From NCBI GenBank assembly GCA_965287045.1, contig OZ336885.1, positions 64,914,001-64,978,000 of the forward strand: a stretch of DNA of 64,000 nt. The letters are read 5' to 3'. The first letter of the stretch is position 1. The number at the start of each line of letters is the position of its first letter. Positions 39,290 through 50,769 of the stretch are shown in pieces. The notes under the pieces are model-generated. The model worked only from the letters and a program-made list of their open reading frames with translations, did no database searches and had not been told where the DNA came from. Made by a program: the position numbers and the translations under genes. This stretch comes from Carcharhinus amblyrhynchos (taxonomy: Eukaryota).

Positions 39290-41100
39290 TCAAATGCAGC
39301 GTTCAGAGTCATAAAGGGTTATTGCAATCTATTAAGGAAATAGGGTCAATGAGACCCCCAAGAATTTTAATGTATATATTGGGATCAAGGGGTCAGCAAT
39401 ACAAACAGTTTACCTTCTCGAGGACGATAGGGAGAAGTCAATGCATGGAGGGAGAGTCTTTGGGTGAGTAAATTAACACTTTTCATTGATATTAACAAAG
39501 GACAAGTTTACAGCGGATTCTGGTGTAAGAGATGGCTGTTTGGTCGCTATAGATAATGTCGATATATCGAAGGATGAAGTGTTGGTCATTCTAAATTGCA
39601 CTATTTTAGACAAGTTGCCGCCATCGCATTGGATCTGTACCATGGTACTGGGTGAGACAAGGGGAGAGATAGTTGGTACTTAACATATCTTCACATTCTC
39701 TTTGACAACAGGAAAGACTGCGGAGGACTGGTGAATAACTAATTTGCTCTTTGTTAAAGAATGTAAGCTGTCATAATTCAGCAAATTATGGACAGGTGAC
39801 ACTTCTGGTGTGGAAGCTTTTGCAGACAGAGACAGGATACGTGTGCATTTGGAGTGAAAATGCCTAGTTGCTGTTTGGCAGCATGGTTTAATAGAGGAAA
39901 AATTATTTGTCACCAACTTGTTTTAGAAGAGGTGAAAAAGATAATTCTTGATGATCAAATACATGTGGACATAAGTGAGGTGTTAGAGCAGGTCGCATGT
40001 GGCAGATTGGTTCACAAACTAACATTAGATTCGTGGTTTCGCAGCCAGATGGACGTGGCTAGGCCATAGAATCAGAGAATAATGGTGGAATGGTATTTTC
40101 TATTGTTATTATTATTATTGTTATTATTATTAATAATATTATTATTATTATTATTATTCAGAATTGTGTCTTATAACTTGTCGTCTCCTGCAGGGATGAG
40201 TGATTGGAATGACCTGGTGAAAATGTGGGTTGTCCAATTCATAAGGTTGCAGATGGCACGAAAATTGCTGGAGACTCTGATGTTGCGGGGATATTCAGAG
40301 AACAGAACTGTATATAGATAGATTGGAGGCTTGGACATAAAGATGAAAAACAGAGCATATTCCGGACAAACGCAATGTTATATATGTTGAAAGATCACAT
40401 TCACCTTGATTAATTTCTTTTTTAAAAAAACAGCGACATTTGGACCATTAACACAGAGAGGCATCTGGGCCGGCAAGTCCACTGTGTTCTAAAATTGGGG
40501 AAGTGGGTGGCCACCATGATTAAGAAGTCATAATGTATGGTTGCTTTGAATACCGGAATATTTAGCACAAGAGTTGACAAATCTTCTTCCAGCTTTAAGC
40601 GTATTTGAATCAGTAAATTTTGGAATATTATCTACATTTCTGGCAAACGCAATTTTAGAAGGACTTGGAAGCATCAGAGTGAGTGCAAATAAGCTGCACA
40701 AGAATGCGATCTGGCCTCGAGAGTTTTGACTATGTGGGGTACTGCAATAAAGTGGAACGAACTGACTGGCAAGTCGACGGCTGGGGGAGGCCTGATCGAG
40801 CTCTACACAAGTATGGGAGGCATATGAAGCTTGGAAGGTGAGAGAGGTAACGTTTAGTGGAATTGGGTGTGTATGTTCTTCCCATCATCGAGAGATGGGT
40901 GCCTCACAACACTGTCAGTGAGATGGGTGAAACAAGCATATTAACAACATTTTAGTAGCGTCTGGGTTAGGACATGAATTCGATGGGAACAGACAGTTGC
41001 GAACCGAGCAGGGGCAGAGAGTTGTTTTACTCAGCTAAGGACAAATGTTCGGCATGCGCTTGGAGAGTCGAATGACCTGCTGCCGCATTGTACGTTTTTT
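39290..41100 (+). mobile_element. Heavily decayed CR1/HER1 LINE ORF2 to 3' end
   Basis: Remnants EDW*ITNL, VADGTKI and FWQTQFRRT-like; 3' UTR at ~41050-41100. Confidence 0.8.
40101..40158. repeat. (TTA)n microsatellite
   Basis: Imperfect TTA run. Confidence 0.95.
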
Positions 41101-41399
41101 TTTGGTTATGACGTTCAAATATGTTCAACTCGTTCAAGAACAAACACAACTATTTCGTATCAATCCTACATTAAAGCTTGTGCTTGAGTAAAATCTTGCT
41201 GAAGCATGCATCAGAATTCGTTCACGATTCTCCACGTCAGGATTCCGAATTATTCGGCAGTGAAATAACACTTCGTACTTGTTTATTTTCCCCTGGCAAA
41301 GCCAAAGGAGTGTGGGGATGGGGGTCGGTGGTGGGGCGGGGGGGGGGGGGGGTGGTGCAGGGAAGTGGCGGTGCATCGGATTTCTTATATCATACTCCA

Positions 41400-42855
41400 T
41401 CTGAGTGGCTTTTTACAAACGAACTTAACCAATCTATATCCGTCACCCACTTTTATTTTGGTCTTCATGATAATAATGAACCAACTTGTCCTTTGTCGTC
41501 TGAAATTGTGCGTAAATTGATTTCAGCCCCATTCTTAAGTCAGTACTGCAAATTGTAAAACATTAAATCTCAAGCCCTCTGGAATTCTCGTTGTCATATC
41601 TTGCCACTGAGATTAGGATACATTGAAACACTTAGTCTTAATTTCTGTCAGCAAGTAAAATTTATGTGCTAGCAAATATACGACTCCCAGCTTCATAAGT
41701 TTACAATGTCATTGCAAACTTCGACAAAAAAAACTATGCATTCCTTTCAGAAATCCCATTTATTTAACAAGGAAGCTCACAGTAATCAACAAAATACTTT
41801 GATCCTTCAGTTCATCCCGATAAATTATTTTCACTCTGATATATGCTTTGTCTAGTTTTGCTTATTGTCTTCATATGAAGAATAACCCAGCGGTCTGTCT
41901 TCAGTTATGCACAGAATTTCCCTTCCATGGACAACATTATACTGACAGGAATTGAGCAAGTGAAGTGCATTGAGACACGTGTTAAAACTCTATTGGATGT
42001 GGCAGGTCATGTGGAAAAATGGATGAACAAAACAAAAACAATGCTTGATAGTAGCAGCATACAGCGAATCTGCAGCAGGATTCAAAATAAACCGTCCAAA
42101 AAAGCTACCGAGAACAGCTGTTATACGTTTTCTCTGTATAGTGCTAAACAGCAATACTTTTGACAGTTATTACACGTGACCATAATGAATCAAATCGAAT
42201 CAAATAACAGGCTACTCAGAAACCCTTGTCGTCCAGAAATATAAATAAGAACTTGCTGCACATATTATTCCAACTTCCTAACACGTGTTGCATGTTAGAA
42301 AGGTGACACATACCGCCAGGAAGACTCAAACAATACAAGACTCGTGGAGCCAGAGTTTTTGTTTTCTGTATAAAGTTGCATGTTAGAAAGGTGACACATA
42401 CCGCTAGGAAGACTCAAACAATACAAGACTCGTGAAGCCAGAGTTTTTGTTTTCTGCATAAAGTTGTAACTTTGTCATGAAACACCGGCCTCCAGGATAA
42501 TGTTCTATTTTCGAGGTGCTATCCTGTGTAAAATAACTCTGGCATACAGCATCAAAACCTTTTCTGATTATTCTATATGTACAATAAAAAAATCAGTTTT
42601 AGAATTTCCCCTATCAATTATTACCACCTTAAAACCACTTCAAACCAATCAGCATAAAGATACGCAAATCAAAATAATACCTGTCAAATACTCTGGCCAA
42701 TTGCATTTTACTCCTCAGAATAACTTTATGTCATTGGTCCGCGAAATACAGAAGGTAACTTTTGTCCACGCAACGCATGTTAGAAAGTTGGAATAGTATG
42801 TGCAGCAGGTTGTTATTTATATTTCTGGACGGCAAGGGTTTATAATAAGGATCCT
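41400..42855 (-). mobile_element. gag: Decayed Gypsy gag fragment, locally rearranged
   Basis: TIPTF (~LPRF) at ~42790 and VKCNWPEYL (~QMKWPQDM) at ~42700. Confidence 0.5.
42287..42466. repeat. 88-bp direct tandem duplication
   Basis: catgttagaaaggtgacacataccg...taaagttg starts at 42291 and again at 42379; 3 mismatches. Confidence 0.95.
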
Positions 42856-42859
42856 AATA

Positions 42860-43490
42860 TTTGATTTGATTTGAGTTATTATTGTCATGTGTAATAACAT
42901 AGTCAAACGTATTGATGTTTAGAGCGACACAGAGAAAACATACCGCTCACAGAGAACGAAACCAGAGAGGGCAGAATGTAGCGCTACACTCATAGCTCGG
43001 ATGTAGAGAAAGATAAACTTAATGCGAGGGAAGTCGATTCAAAAGTTTGACCGCAGCAGGGAAGAAGTTGTTCTTGAATCAGTTGGTACGTGACCTCAGG
43101 CTTGCGTATATTTTTCACCCGAAGGAATGCAGTGTAAGAATGAAGGTCCAGGGTGCGTGGAAATATTAATTGTGTTGGCTGCTTGCCAACACAGCGGGAA
43201 GCTTCGACAGTGTCAATGGATGAGAGTCTGGTTTGCGTGATAGATCGGGCTACGTTCACGACCTTGTGTAGATCTTTGCGGTCTTAGGAAGAACAGATTC
43301 TGGACAAAGCTGTGATTCAAACATAAATAATATTTTCTATGGTGCATCTGTAAAAGTTGGTGAGAATCATAGCTTGCATGCCAAATACCCTTTATCTCCG
43401 GAGAAAGCAAAGGCGTTGGCGAGTTTACCAGCCATAATGTCGGTATGGGGGATACCTGAAAACCTGAAGCTCTCGACCAGTTTTATTCCT
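42860..43490 (-). mobile_element. Rex1/Babar-like LINE 3' fragment
   Basis: ORF 42990-43259 NVARSITQTRLSSIDTVEASRCVGK; ttcaagaacaacttcttccctgctg (FKNNFFP) on the minus strand; (TTTGA)n tail. Confidence 0.85.
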
Positions 43491-43511
43491 TTGTATGCAA
43501 TTGTTCAAAAA

Positions 43512-43926
43512 AACGGTTTCGATTCCAGCCTCAGGTCACTCACAGGTTAATTACACGCTCTTCCCTCCTCGGCGAGTGTTTGCCTCGCTGCTCCGGTTTC
43601 CTTCACCATCGATAGATGTGGGGTTAGCTGGATCGGTGATGCTAAATTGACACTGAGGGTCGGGGGTTCAGCAGAATAAATACGTGTGGTTATGGAAATA
43701 GGGTAAAAAGTCTGACAACACGAGGTTTAATTCCAACCGATTTATTTCATAGTACACTCACTAGCTTTCGGGGTTAGTCCCTTCGTCTGACTGTGTTTAC
43801 CCCATACCAACGCCGGCATATCCACATTATGGAAATAGGGACAGTGTGGGATTACGGTTGGTGCAGACTCGATGCGTCGAATGGCCTCTTTCTGCGTTGT
43901 AGGGTTTCTATAATCTTCTATTTTCT
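43512..43926 (+). mobile_element. HE1-like V-SINE
   Basis: ggtttcgattcc head remnant, tgctccggtttcct core, ggtgcagactcgatg..gtagggtttctat tail. Confidence 0.75.
43704..43826. mobile_element. Short inverted Penelope-end insertion with 14-bp TSD
   Basis: TSD ttatggaaataggg at 43690-43703 and 43827-43840. Body matches 23529-23643. Confidence 0.85.
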
Positions 43927-43927
43927 G

Positions 43928-45065
43928 AGACGTCCCATCTTCTGTTTTCAATCTTCTGTCCAATAAAACAAAGCAAACAGAATGTCTTCTTCACATTTCT
44001 GTCCAATTGTGACTCCATTTTCACTCAATTATGAACGTAGCTGCCTTAATTATTTTACTCTGGCCAACGCAATACCATTCATTGAATAAATCCTGCCGTG
44101 GCTCGATCCAGCAAAAGAAATCAAACCACATTTAACCAAATTAGACTCCATCTGTCACTCATTGGCCCACTAGTCAAATTGTCGTGTTCCCGTTGGAAAT
44201 CCAGACAACCATCTTCACTGTCTACTACGGCACCAATCTTGGTGTCGTTTGCAAACGTACTAACCATGCCTCCAACATTGTCAACCAAATTATTAATACA
44301 AATGAAATGAATTGTGGGCCAGAACCGGCGCCCTTCCAAAACACACTCAAATTCCCGGGAAATGATTTTAACTCTCAAATGTTTGTCATAAGTTTCTGCC
44401 ACTCTATATCCTGTAGGTTGTGTATCTTACAATGCCTTCTCTCTGCTGTCCTTGTTAAACAAAGGCACAACATTTGTCACCCTCATCAGTCGCTGTCGAT
44501 TGTTCAAAGCTATCTCTGCTTGTGGCCAAAAAATTTCCTCCCTTGCCTCTCACAACGTTCGAAGATAAACCTCATCAGTTCACGGCGGTCTTTCACCCTT
44601 GATGCACTTTACGATTTCCAGCTCCTCCTTATATGAGTTCTGTAATCTTATCATGACATCACTATTATTTCACAAATTTCTCCTCATACTCATCCCTACT
44701 GCAGCAATAAATACTGATGATATCACCCATCGCTTGCTCATTCGCACATAGAAGATATTGTTCATCTTTAAGAGTCCCCACTCTCTAACTAGGTACTTTT
44801 TGTCCTTCATGTATTTGCAGTAGCTCTTTGGATTCCCCTTTCCCTTATCTCCCAGAGCTACTACGTGCTCAATTTTTTGGCCTGCTGATTTCTGTCTTAT
44901 TTCTATTCACGCACTATCGCGACTTTTCAAGGAATCGTTTTGATCCCAGCTTTCTATGCATGTCGTATGCCTCTGTCTGGATTTGAACAGGACCTCAGTA
45001 TCCCGATGCATCAAAAGTTACCTACGTTTACCAGTCTTGTGCCTCACTTTAGGAGGAATGTACAT
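43928..45065 (-). mobile_element. Decayed CR1 ORF2 fragment (paralog of 8048-9240)
   Basis: ORF INNLVDNVGGMVSTFANDTKIG; same breakpoints as 8048-9240. Confidence 0.88.
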
Positions 45066-45094
45066 ATTCTTTACAGTCGTAAACCACATTTATT

Positions 45095-47503
45095 TATTGC
45101 AAAAAGGCTAGACAGGCAATGCAGATGAACTCAGTTCATGGATGGGAACATGAGACTGGGATATTGTAGTTATTACTGAAGCATGACTGCGGGAAAAAAA
45201 GACTGAGAGCTTAATGTTCCAGGGTACTGATGCTATAGGAAAGATAGAATAGCAGGTTAGGTAGGAGGGGGACTTGCACTTTTGATCAGGGAAAACATCA
45301 CAAAAGTGATGAGAGATAATACAAAAGAGGGTTCGCTCACTGATTCCATATGTGTAGAACTGAGCAATGTGTAGGACTGAGCGTGGGAATGTGTTCAATG
45401 GGTTTAGGAGGAATATCATGTTCAGTATATGGGTGGTCAGGCGAGAGAGGGCAAAATCTGACCTCCTCATAGGAAATGCGGAAAGACAGTTGACAGAAGT
45501 GGTTGCAATGGATCACTTTGGAACCAGTGACCATGATTCCATGAGTTTCAAACTATAGAGAACGATCGGCCTGTCCCCATATTCTATATTTTGGCAACAC
45601 AGTACTGATGGCAACAGTTAGGGATTTTCAAAAGTTGTTGGCTGGTAAAGAGGCGTCGGAAATGCACAACTTTTAAACGTATGTTAACTACCATTCAGGG
45701 TAAACACATTCCTCTTGTGCGCAGAACAATGCTGGCAGAATTGGGGAACCCTGGATGACTCGAAATATTGAGGACCTGGTCAAGGAAAAGAAGGAGACAC
45801 ATGATATGCATAGGAACGAGGGATCAAATTTATCCCTTGTAAAGTGTAGAAGGTGCAGAAGTAGAGTTAAGAGAGAAATCAAGAGGGCAAAAGAGGAAAA
45901 GAGATTGATGTGGCAGATAAGGCAAAGAAGAATCCAAACAGATTTTGTAAAAAAAACAAAAAAGGCAAAAGCATAACAATGGAAAGAGGGGGGCCTTTTT
46001 CAGATGGTCCCTTAGCAGAGATGTTTATATCTTCTACGGCTGCAGGTGAGATGCCTGAAAGTTGGAGGGTGACAAACGCGTTATTTTTGTTGAAAACGTG
46101 CTGCAAAGAGAACCGTGGGAAATATAGGATTGTGGGCCTCACATCTGTACTGGGTAAGGTCTCAGATGGTAGTCTGGGAAGGGGGGTCAACAGGTATTTA
46201 GAAAGGCAAAGACTGATCAGGGATTGTAAGCATGGTTTTGCGAGTGGAAAATCGTGTCTCACAAAAGTTATTGACTTCGCTAAGGGGTAACCAAGAAGTT
46301 TGACGAGGGCAGTGCAGTTGATGTTGTGTACATGGAATTTAACAAGTCACGGTATTACATGGCAGTGTGTTGCAATATTTTAAAACTAACGGGATCCAGG
46401 GTGAGATGGTCTAATGGATACAAAATTGGCTTGATGACAGAATACAACGTTTTAAAAGGTTATTGTTCAAATTCGAGGCCTTAGACCAGCGATGTGCCTC
46501 AGGGATGGTGTTTGTTCCACTGTTATTTGTCACTTATGTTAATGATTCGGGTGATAATTTAGAAGTCACAGTTTATAAGTTTGCAGGTTACACTAAGATT
46601 GATGGCATATTTAACAGTGAAGAAGTCTATCTCGGATTGCAACAAGTTCTTGATCAGTTGTCCAAGGGGCTGACGAATGGCCGATGGAGTTTAATTTAGA
46701 CATATACGAGGTGATGAATTTTGGTAAATCGAACCAGGACAGTACGTACTCAGTTAATGATACGGAGTTCGGGAGAGGGTTTCATTTCATAGCTCACTGA
46801 ACATGGAGTCACTGGTGGACAGGGTTGTGAAGAAGCTATTTGGCATGCTTGGTTTCATTGGTCAGAACATTGAGCGCAAGAGTCGGGACATCTTGTTGAA
46901 GTTGTACAAGGCATTGTTGAGGCCGCACTTGGAACACTGTGTACAGGTCTGGTCACCCTATTATCTATTATTTGAATGCATCACCCTACTATTAAACTAG
47001 CAAGAGTACAACAATGATTTACAAAGTTGTTACGTTTGATAGTTTGAGATGTAAAGAGAGGCTGGATAGAATGGATTTTTCTTTTCTCTGGAGCGTAGGA
47101 GGCTGTGGGGTAATCTTATAGAAGCCGTTCTAATAATGAGGGGCATTGCTCAAAGAGACCGTCAGCTTTTTTATTTCCAAGGGCAGAGAGTCTGAAACTG
47201 GAGAGCATCGATGTAAGCTGAGAGGGGAGAGATAGAAGTGTGCAATGAGACAATTTTCTCACACAAAGGGCAGTGAGTGTGTGACAAAAGCTGCCAAAGA
47301 TAGTAGCAGAGATGGTTCCAGTTCTAATTAAAAAAAAAATAACATTCAGAAGGTTGCATTAGAAAAAATGGCTCTCGAGGGAAATTGGCAACACCTGGTA
47401 TTGAGGCACGAGCTTAGCCGTTAAAAATGCAAGCATGGACAAGTTGGGCCGAAGGACCTTTGTTACCATTTGGAAAACCTCAATGAATCTATGGGTCTAT
47501 GAC
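45095..47503 (+). mobile_element. Decayed CR1/HER1 ORF2 (EN to 3' end, with deletions)
   Basis: GTSDHDS, PESWRVTN, QHGF-like KHGFASGKSCLT, KFAGYTKI, LYKALLRPHLEHCVQVWSP; gggccgaagg in the 3' UTR. Confidence 0.92.
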
Positions 47504-47509
47504 TGGTCT

Positions 47510-49030
47510 ATACACCGTTAACAGCCTTCCACTTACTGAGCGTCCATTTGCCTGCCCACAGACTCCACCAGTCAACTGTTGAAAATTCTTATCTCATACT
47601 ATCAAAATTGTCTTTGCCCAATTTCGAATTTTAACTTTTGGGTTTGACCTCTCATTCTCTACTGCTGCAGTAAACTTACTGCACTTATTTTCATTGTTCT
47701 CAAAGCGATCCATTACTAATAGTGTTGTCACTTCCCTTCACTATTTCCCATGAGGTGGCCAGATCTTGCTCCCTTCAGTGACAGGCCATTCAAATGCTGA
47801 ATGAAAAATTCCTCCTGAATCCACTCAGCCATTTATCTGCGTCCAAGCCCTCAATATGTTGGCTGTCCCAGTCAATGTTGGGAACGTTGGCCTGCCCTGC
47901 TGTTGCCCACCTTCTTTTTTCCTTGTAGTTATCTACAGCCTCCTTAAATATTTAATCCAAAATTTATCACTCACGATTTGGTTGCCTATCGTGCAATCGT
48001 ATCAAGGAGATTTTCCCCTTCTTATTTCTGAGTTCTCCCGTTACAGTCACAGCAAGCAAACCCACAGAAATATCCGCTCTCTTTACAACTTTGATGTTTC
48101 CCTTCATCAAAAATTAAACATCTCCTGCTTTCTTCCCTCCTGTTATAAATTTCATACTGCATCAGAATCCTTGCATATTAAGGTGTCATGTCCCTCCGTA
48201 GATATGTTTCTGTAGTAATTATAATTTCCCTGTCCCTTGTATATATGGGATACATGCTTGCATGGGATTGGGTACACTGGAATGACACACGGGGCTGGGC
48301 ACACCAGAATTATGGGGAGTCGGATACCTTGGTCTTAGGTTTGGACATAGTTCAGCAGAACATCGAGGTTGTAAGGCATGTAATGAGCTCAACTATTCGA
48401 AGTTCTATGTTCTGTGTACCCATCCATGCTCTGAGTTCATCTGCCTCACCCTCGAGGAATTTTGCAGTGAAATAAATGCAGTTAAATCTGAGCTTAATAC
48501 CTTCTTCCCAATTTTGATTTTGCCTGAGCTTGCAAGAACTTGGATTACTGACACTGACTTTACGATTTCACGTGCTCCCTTTAACGTTCGTGCTGCCCCC
48601 AGCTGTCTATCCCTTTTCTGTACTGCTTTGGTCCCACACCGTGACAAGAATAGTTCATACTCTACTGTGTGCCTCTCGCAAATATTCTGCTATGATATTT
48701 GTCCCCCTCCAGTTCCTATATATAGACTTCGTCTCCAAGACTTCCTCACTGCTGCCGCAGATGAAATCCCACTGATTACACATCTGAATCCTTGCTGAAG
48801 GAATACTTGCTGGCGGTATTTTCATCAGAGAGGCCATCCCACGTCACAGTTTCCAAAACGGTATACCTGTTTGGAGGGCGAATAGTCGCTGGCGATGCTG
48901 CACTCCCTACCTACATCTCCTGATAGTCGCTCATTTATCTGACTGAAACCGTGGTGTGGTAATCTCCCTCTAAGTCCTGCCTATCACTAAATATCTCCGC
49001 TGCATGCTCCACGTTATGTGAACTGCTTTG
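47510..49030 (-). mobile_element. Decayed CR1 5' region (ORF1/endonuclease); nested plus-strand LINE tail at ~48245-48412
   Basis: Minus-strand AFISLQNSSRVRQMNSEHGW (frameshifted NARS..DELRAW), and TSNGSL/SDH-like region near 47710. Confidence 0.7.
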
Positions 49031-49074
49031 TTTTAGCTGTACCTTTACAAACGTTCCTCCTCAATAAAAAATAA

Positions 49075-50520
49075 TTTCTCGAAGCAATGAGTGCAGTCAT
49101 GCAAAGCATCCCCGCAACGTCCAATCAGCATAGCTGCTCCTCAGCTGAACTCCTGCCTTCAAATGCGTATGGAAAATGCCCTTCTGACGTTCACTTTCTG
49201 GAAGTAACGACTGCGCAGAAGCAAATCTTCCCCTCAACAACCAAACAGCGTCGTCAATCTGCTACACTCTGCATGATTTTTTTTTCAATTGAAGACGGAG
49301 GGATTTTTCCTTAGGTTCAGTTTCTGCAAGCGCTGACTGCGCCAATGCAAATTTCCCCACAACATCCGTCTGAGTCGCCAACCTGTTGCCATCTGCTTGA
49401 AGCATTGACTGCACTGATAAACAGCACCCTTGGAAGCTTTCTGGAATGAACGTTCCTGTTCTGCTCTCCTGTGCAGGACGCTTGTTTTCACTTGAACCTG
49501 AAGGGTTTCTACCTGATGTACACGTTCTGGAAGTAGTGAATGTCCCAAAACGAATCTTCCCTACGGCAGCAAATCTTCGTCACCACTCTGCTGCCCAACG
49601 CTGGAATCTTCCCTCAACTTCTACACACATGTTTTCTTTCTGAGGTTCAATTGCTGGAAACAGTGACTGCACTGATATAAATCTTCCCATCGGCAGCCAA
49701 TCAGTTTTGCTACTTGGCTGCCCTCTGCTGGACGCTTGCCTTCTGTTGAACACGAAGCATATTTCCCGGCGGTGCCCTTTCTTGAATCAGTGCCAGCGCA
49801 GATGCAAATCTTACCCACCATGGTGAATGAACGTCGCCTTTTTGCCGGACACTTGTCTTCACTTGAACATGGAGGGAATCTTCCTCACGTCTGCTTTCTG
49901 GAAGCAGTGGTTGCACCATAGCAATCATCAGCTCACTACTCTGCTGCCCTCTGAATAACATGTTCATTCAGTTGAACATGGACGGTGTCTTGCTGGGTTC
50001 CACTCACTGGAAGCAGTGACTACGTCGAAGCAATTATCTTCCCCACGGCAACAAATCCCTTGTTACTGATCTTTCGTTCTTTACTGGAATCTTGCCTTCA
50101 CGAACGCTTGGGCTTCTTCCTGATGTCCACTTCCTGGAAACAGTAACTGCATTGATGTAAATATTCTTCGCAATTCTTCACAACTGATCAATGTTGCTGC
50201 TCTCCTGCCCTCTGCTTGACAAGTGGCTCCTCGTAAACAGGGGGAATTTGTTCCTGTATTCCGTTTTCCAGAATAAAGTGCGTGTGTGTTCTTTCAAATC
50301 TTGTCCACACCAGCCAATCACCTTCACCCTTCTTGGCTTGACTTGAACACAGATGGTGTCTTCGTGATGTCCACTTTCTGGAAGTATCGAGAATGCTGTC
50401 GCAAATCTTCCCCACGATTGACAATCGTTCTATTCGCATGTCTGCTCTCTGCCAAGTGCTTATAATCACTCGAAAGCTGAGGGCGTCTTCCAGCTCCTCT
50501 GTCTGGATCAATGGACAAAG
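49075..50520 (-). repeat. Degenerate tandem array of ~126-bp units (~13 copies), probably amplified Gypsy PR-IN linker
   Basis: Anchor (c)tggaa(g/a)cagtgactgc..aatcttccc at about 49078, 49198, 49324, 49395, 49527, 49654, 49781, 49898, 50008, 50134, 50268, 50377 and 50503; modal spacing 126-127 bp. Confidence 0.9.
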
Positions 50521-50750
50521 GTGATGCGCCAATGACTTGAAATTTGAGAAAATCCATAAATCTATTCCTCGAAACTGGAAGGAGCGAAGCTGGAGATTGG
50601 GACACATTTGGGAGGGAAAAGAAAAAAAAAATCTATGTTCGTAGCAATTATAACATGGCCAATGTAAGTAGCAATTAAAAACAAACAACACAACAACTGC
50701 TGGATAGAGCAAGTATATGGGCAGAGGGAACAGAAGTGTGATTTGACCCA
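50520..50750 (-). mobile_element. Decayed Gypsy protease C-terminus preceding the array
   Basis: FRGIDLWIFSN (~PGIDLILGND) in ORF 50188-50751. Confidence 0.45.
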
Positions 50751-50769
50751 AACTTAAACGTTTACAAGC

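Noticed and set aside
40082-40321. Signal-peptide-like poly-Leu ORF
   Set aside because: (TTA)n microsatellite inside a CR1.
49075-50520. CRISPR-like array or repetitive host coding exon
   Set aside because: Eukaryotic context; whole units are homologous (no unique spacers); frameshifts and stops interrupt the frames.
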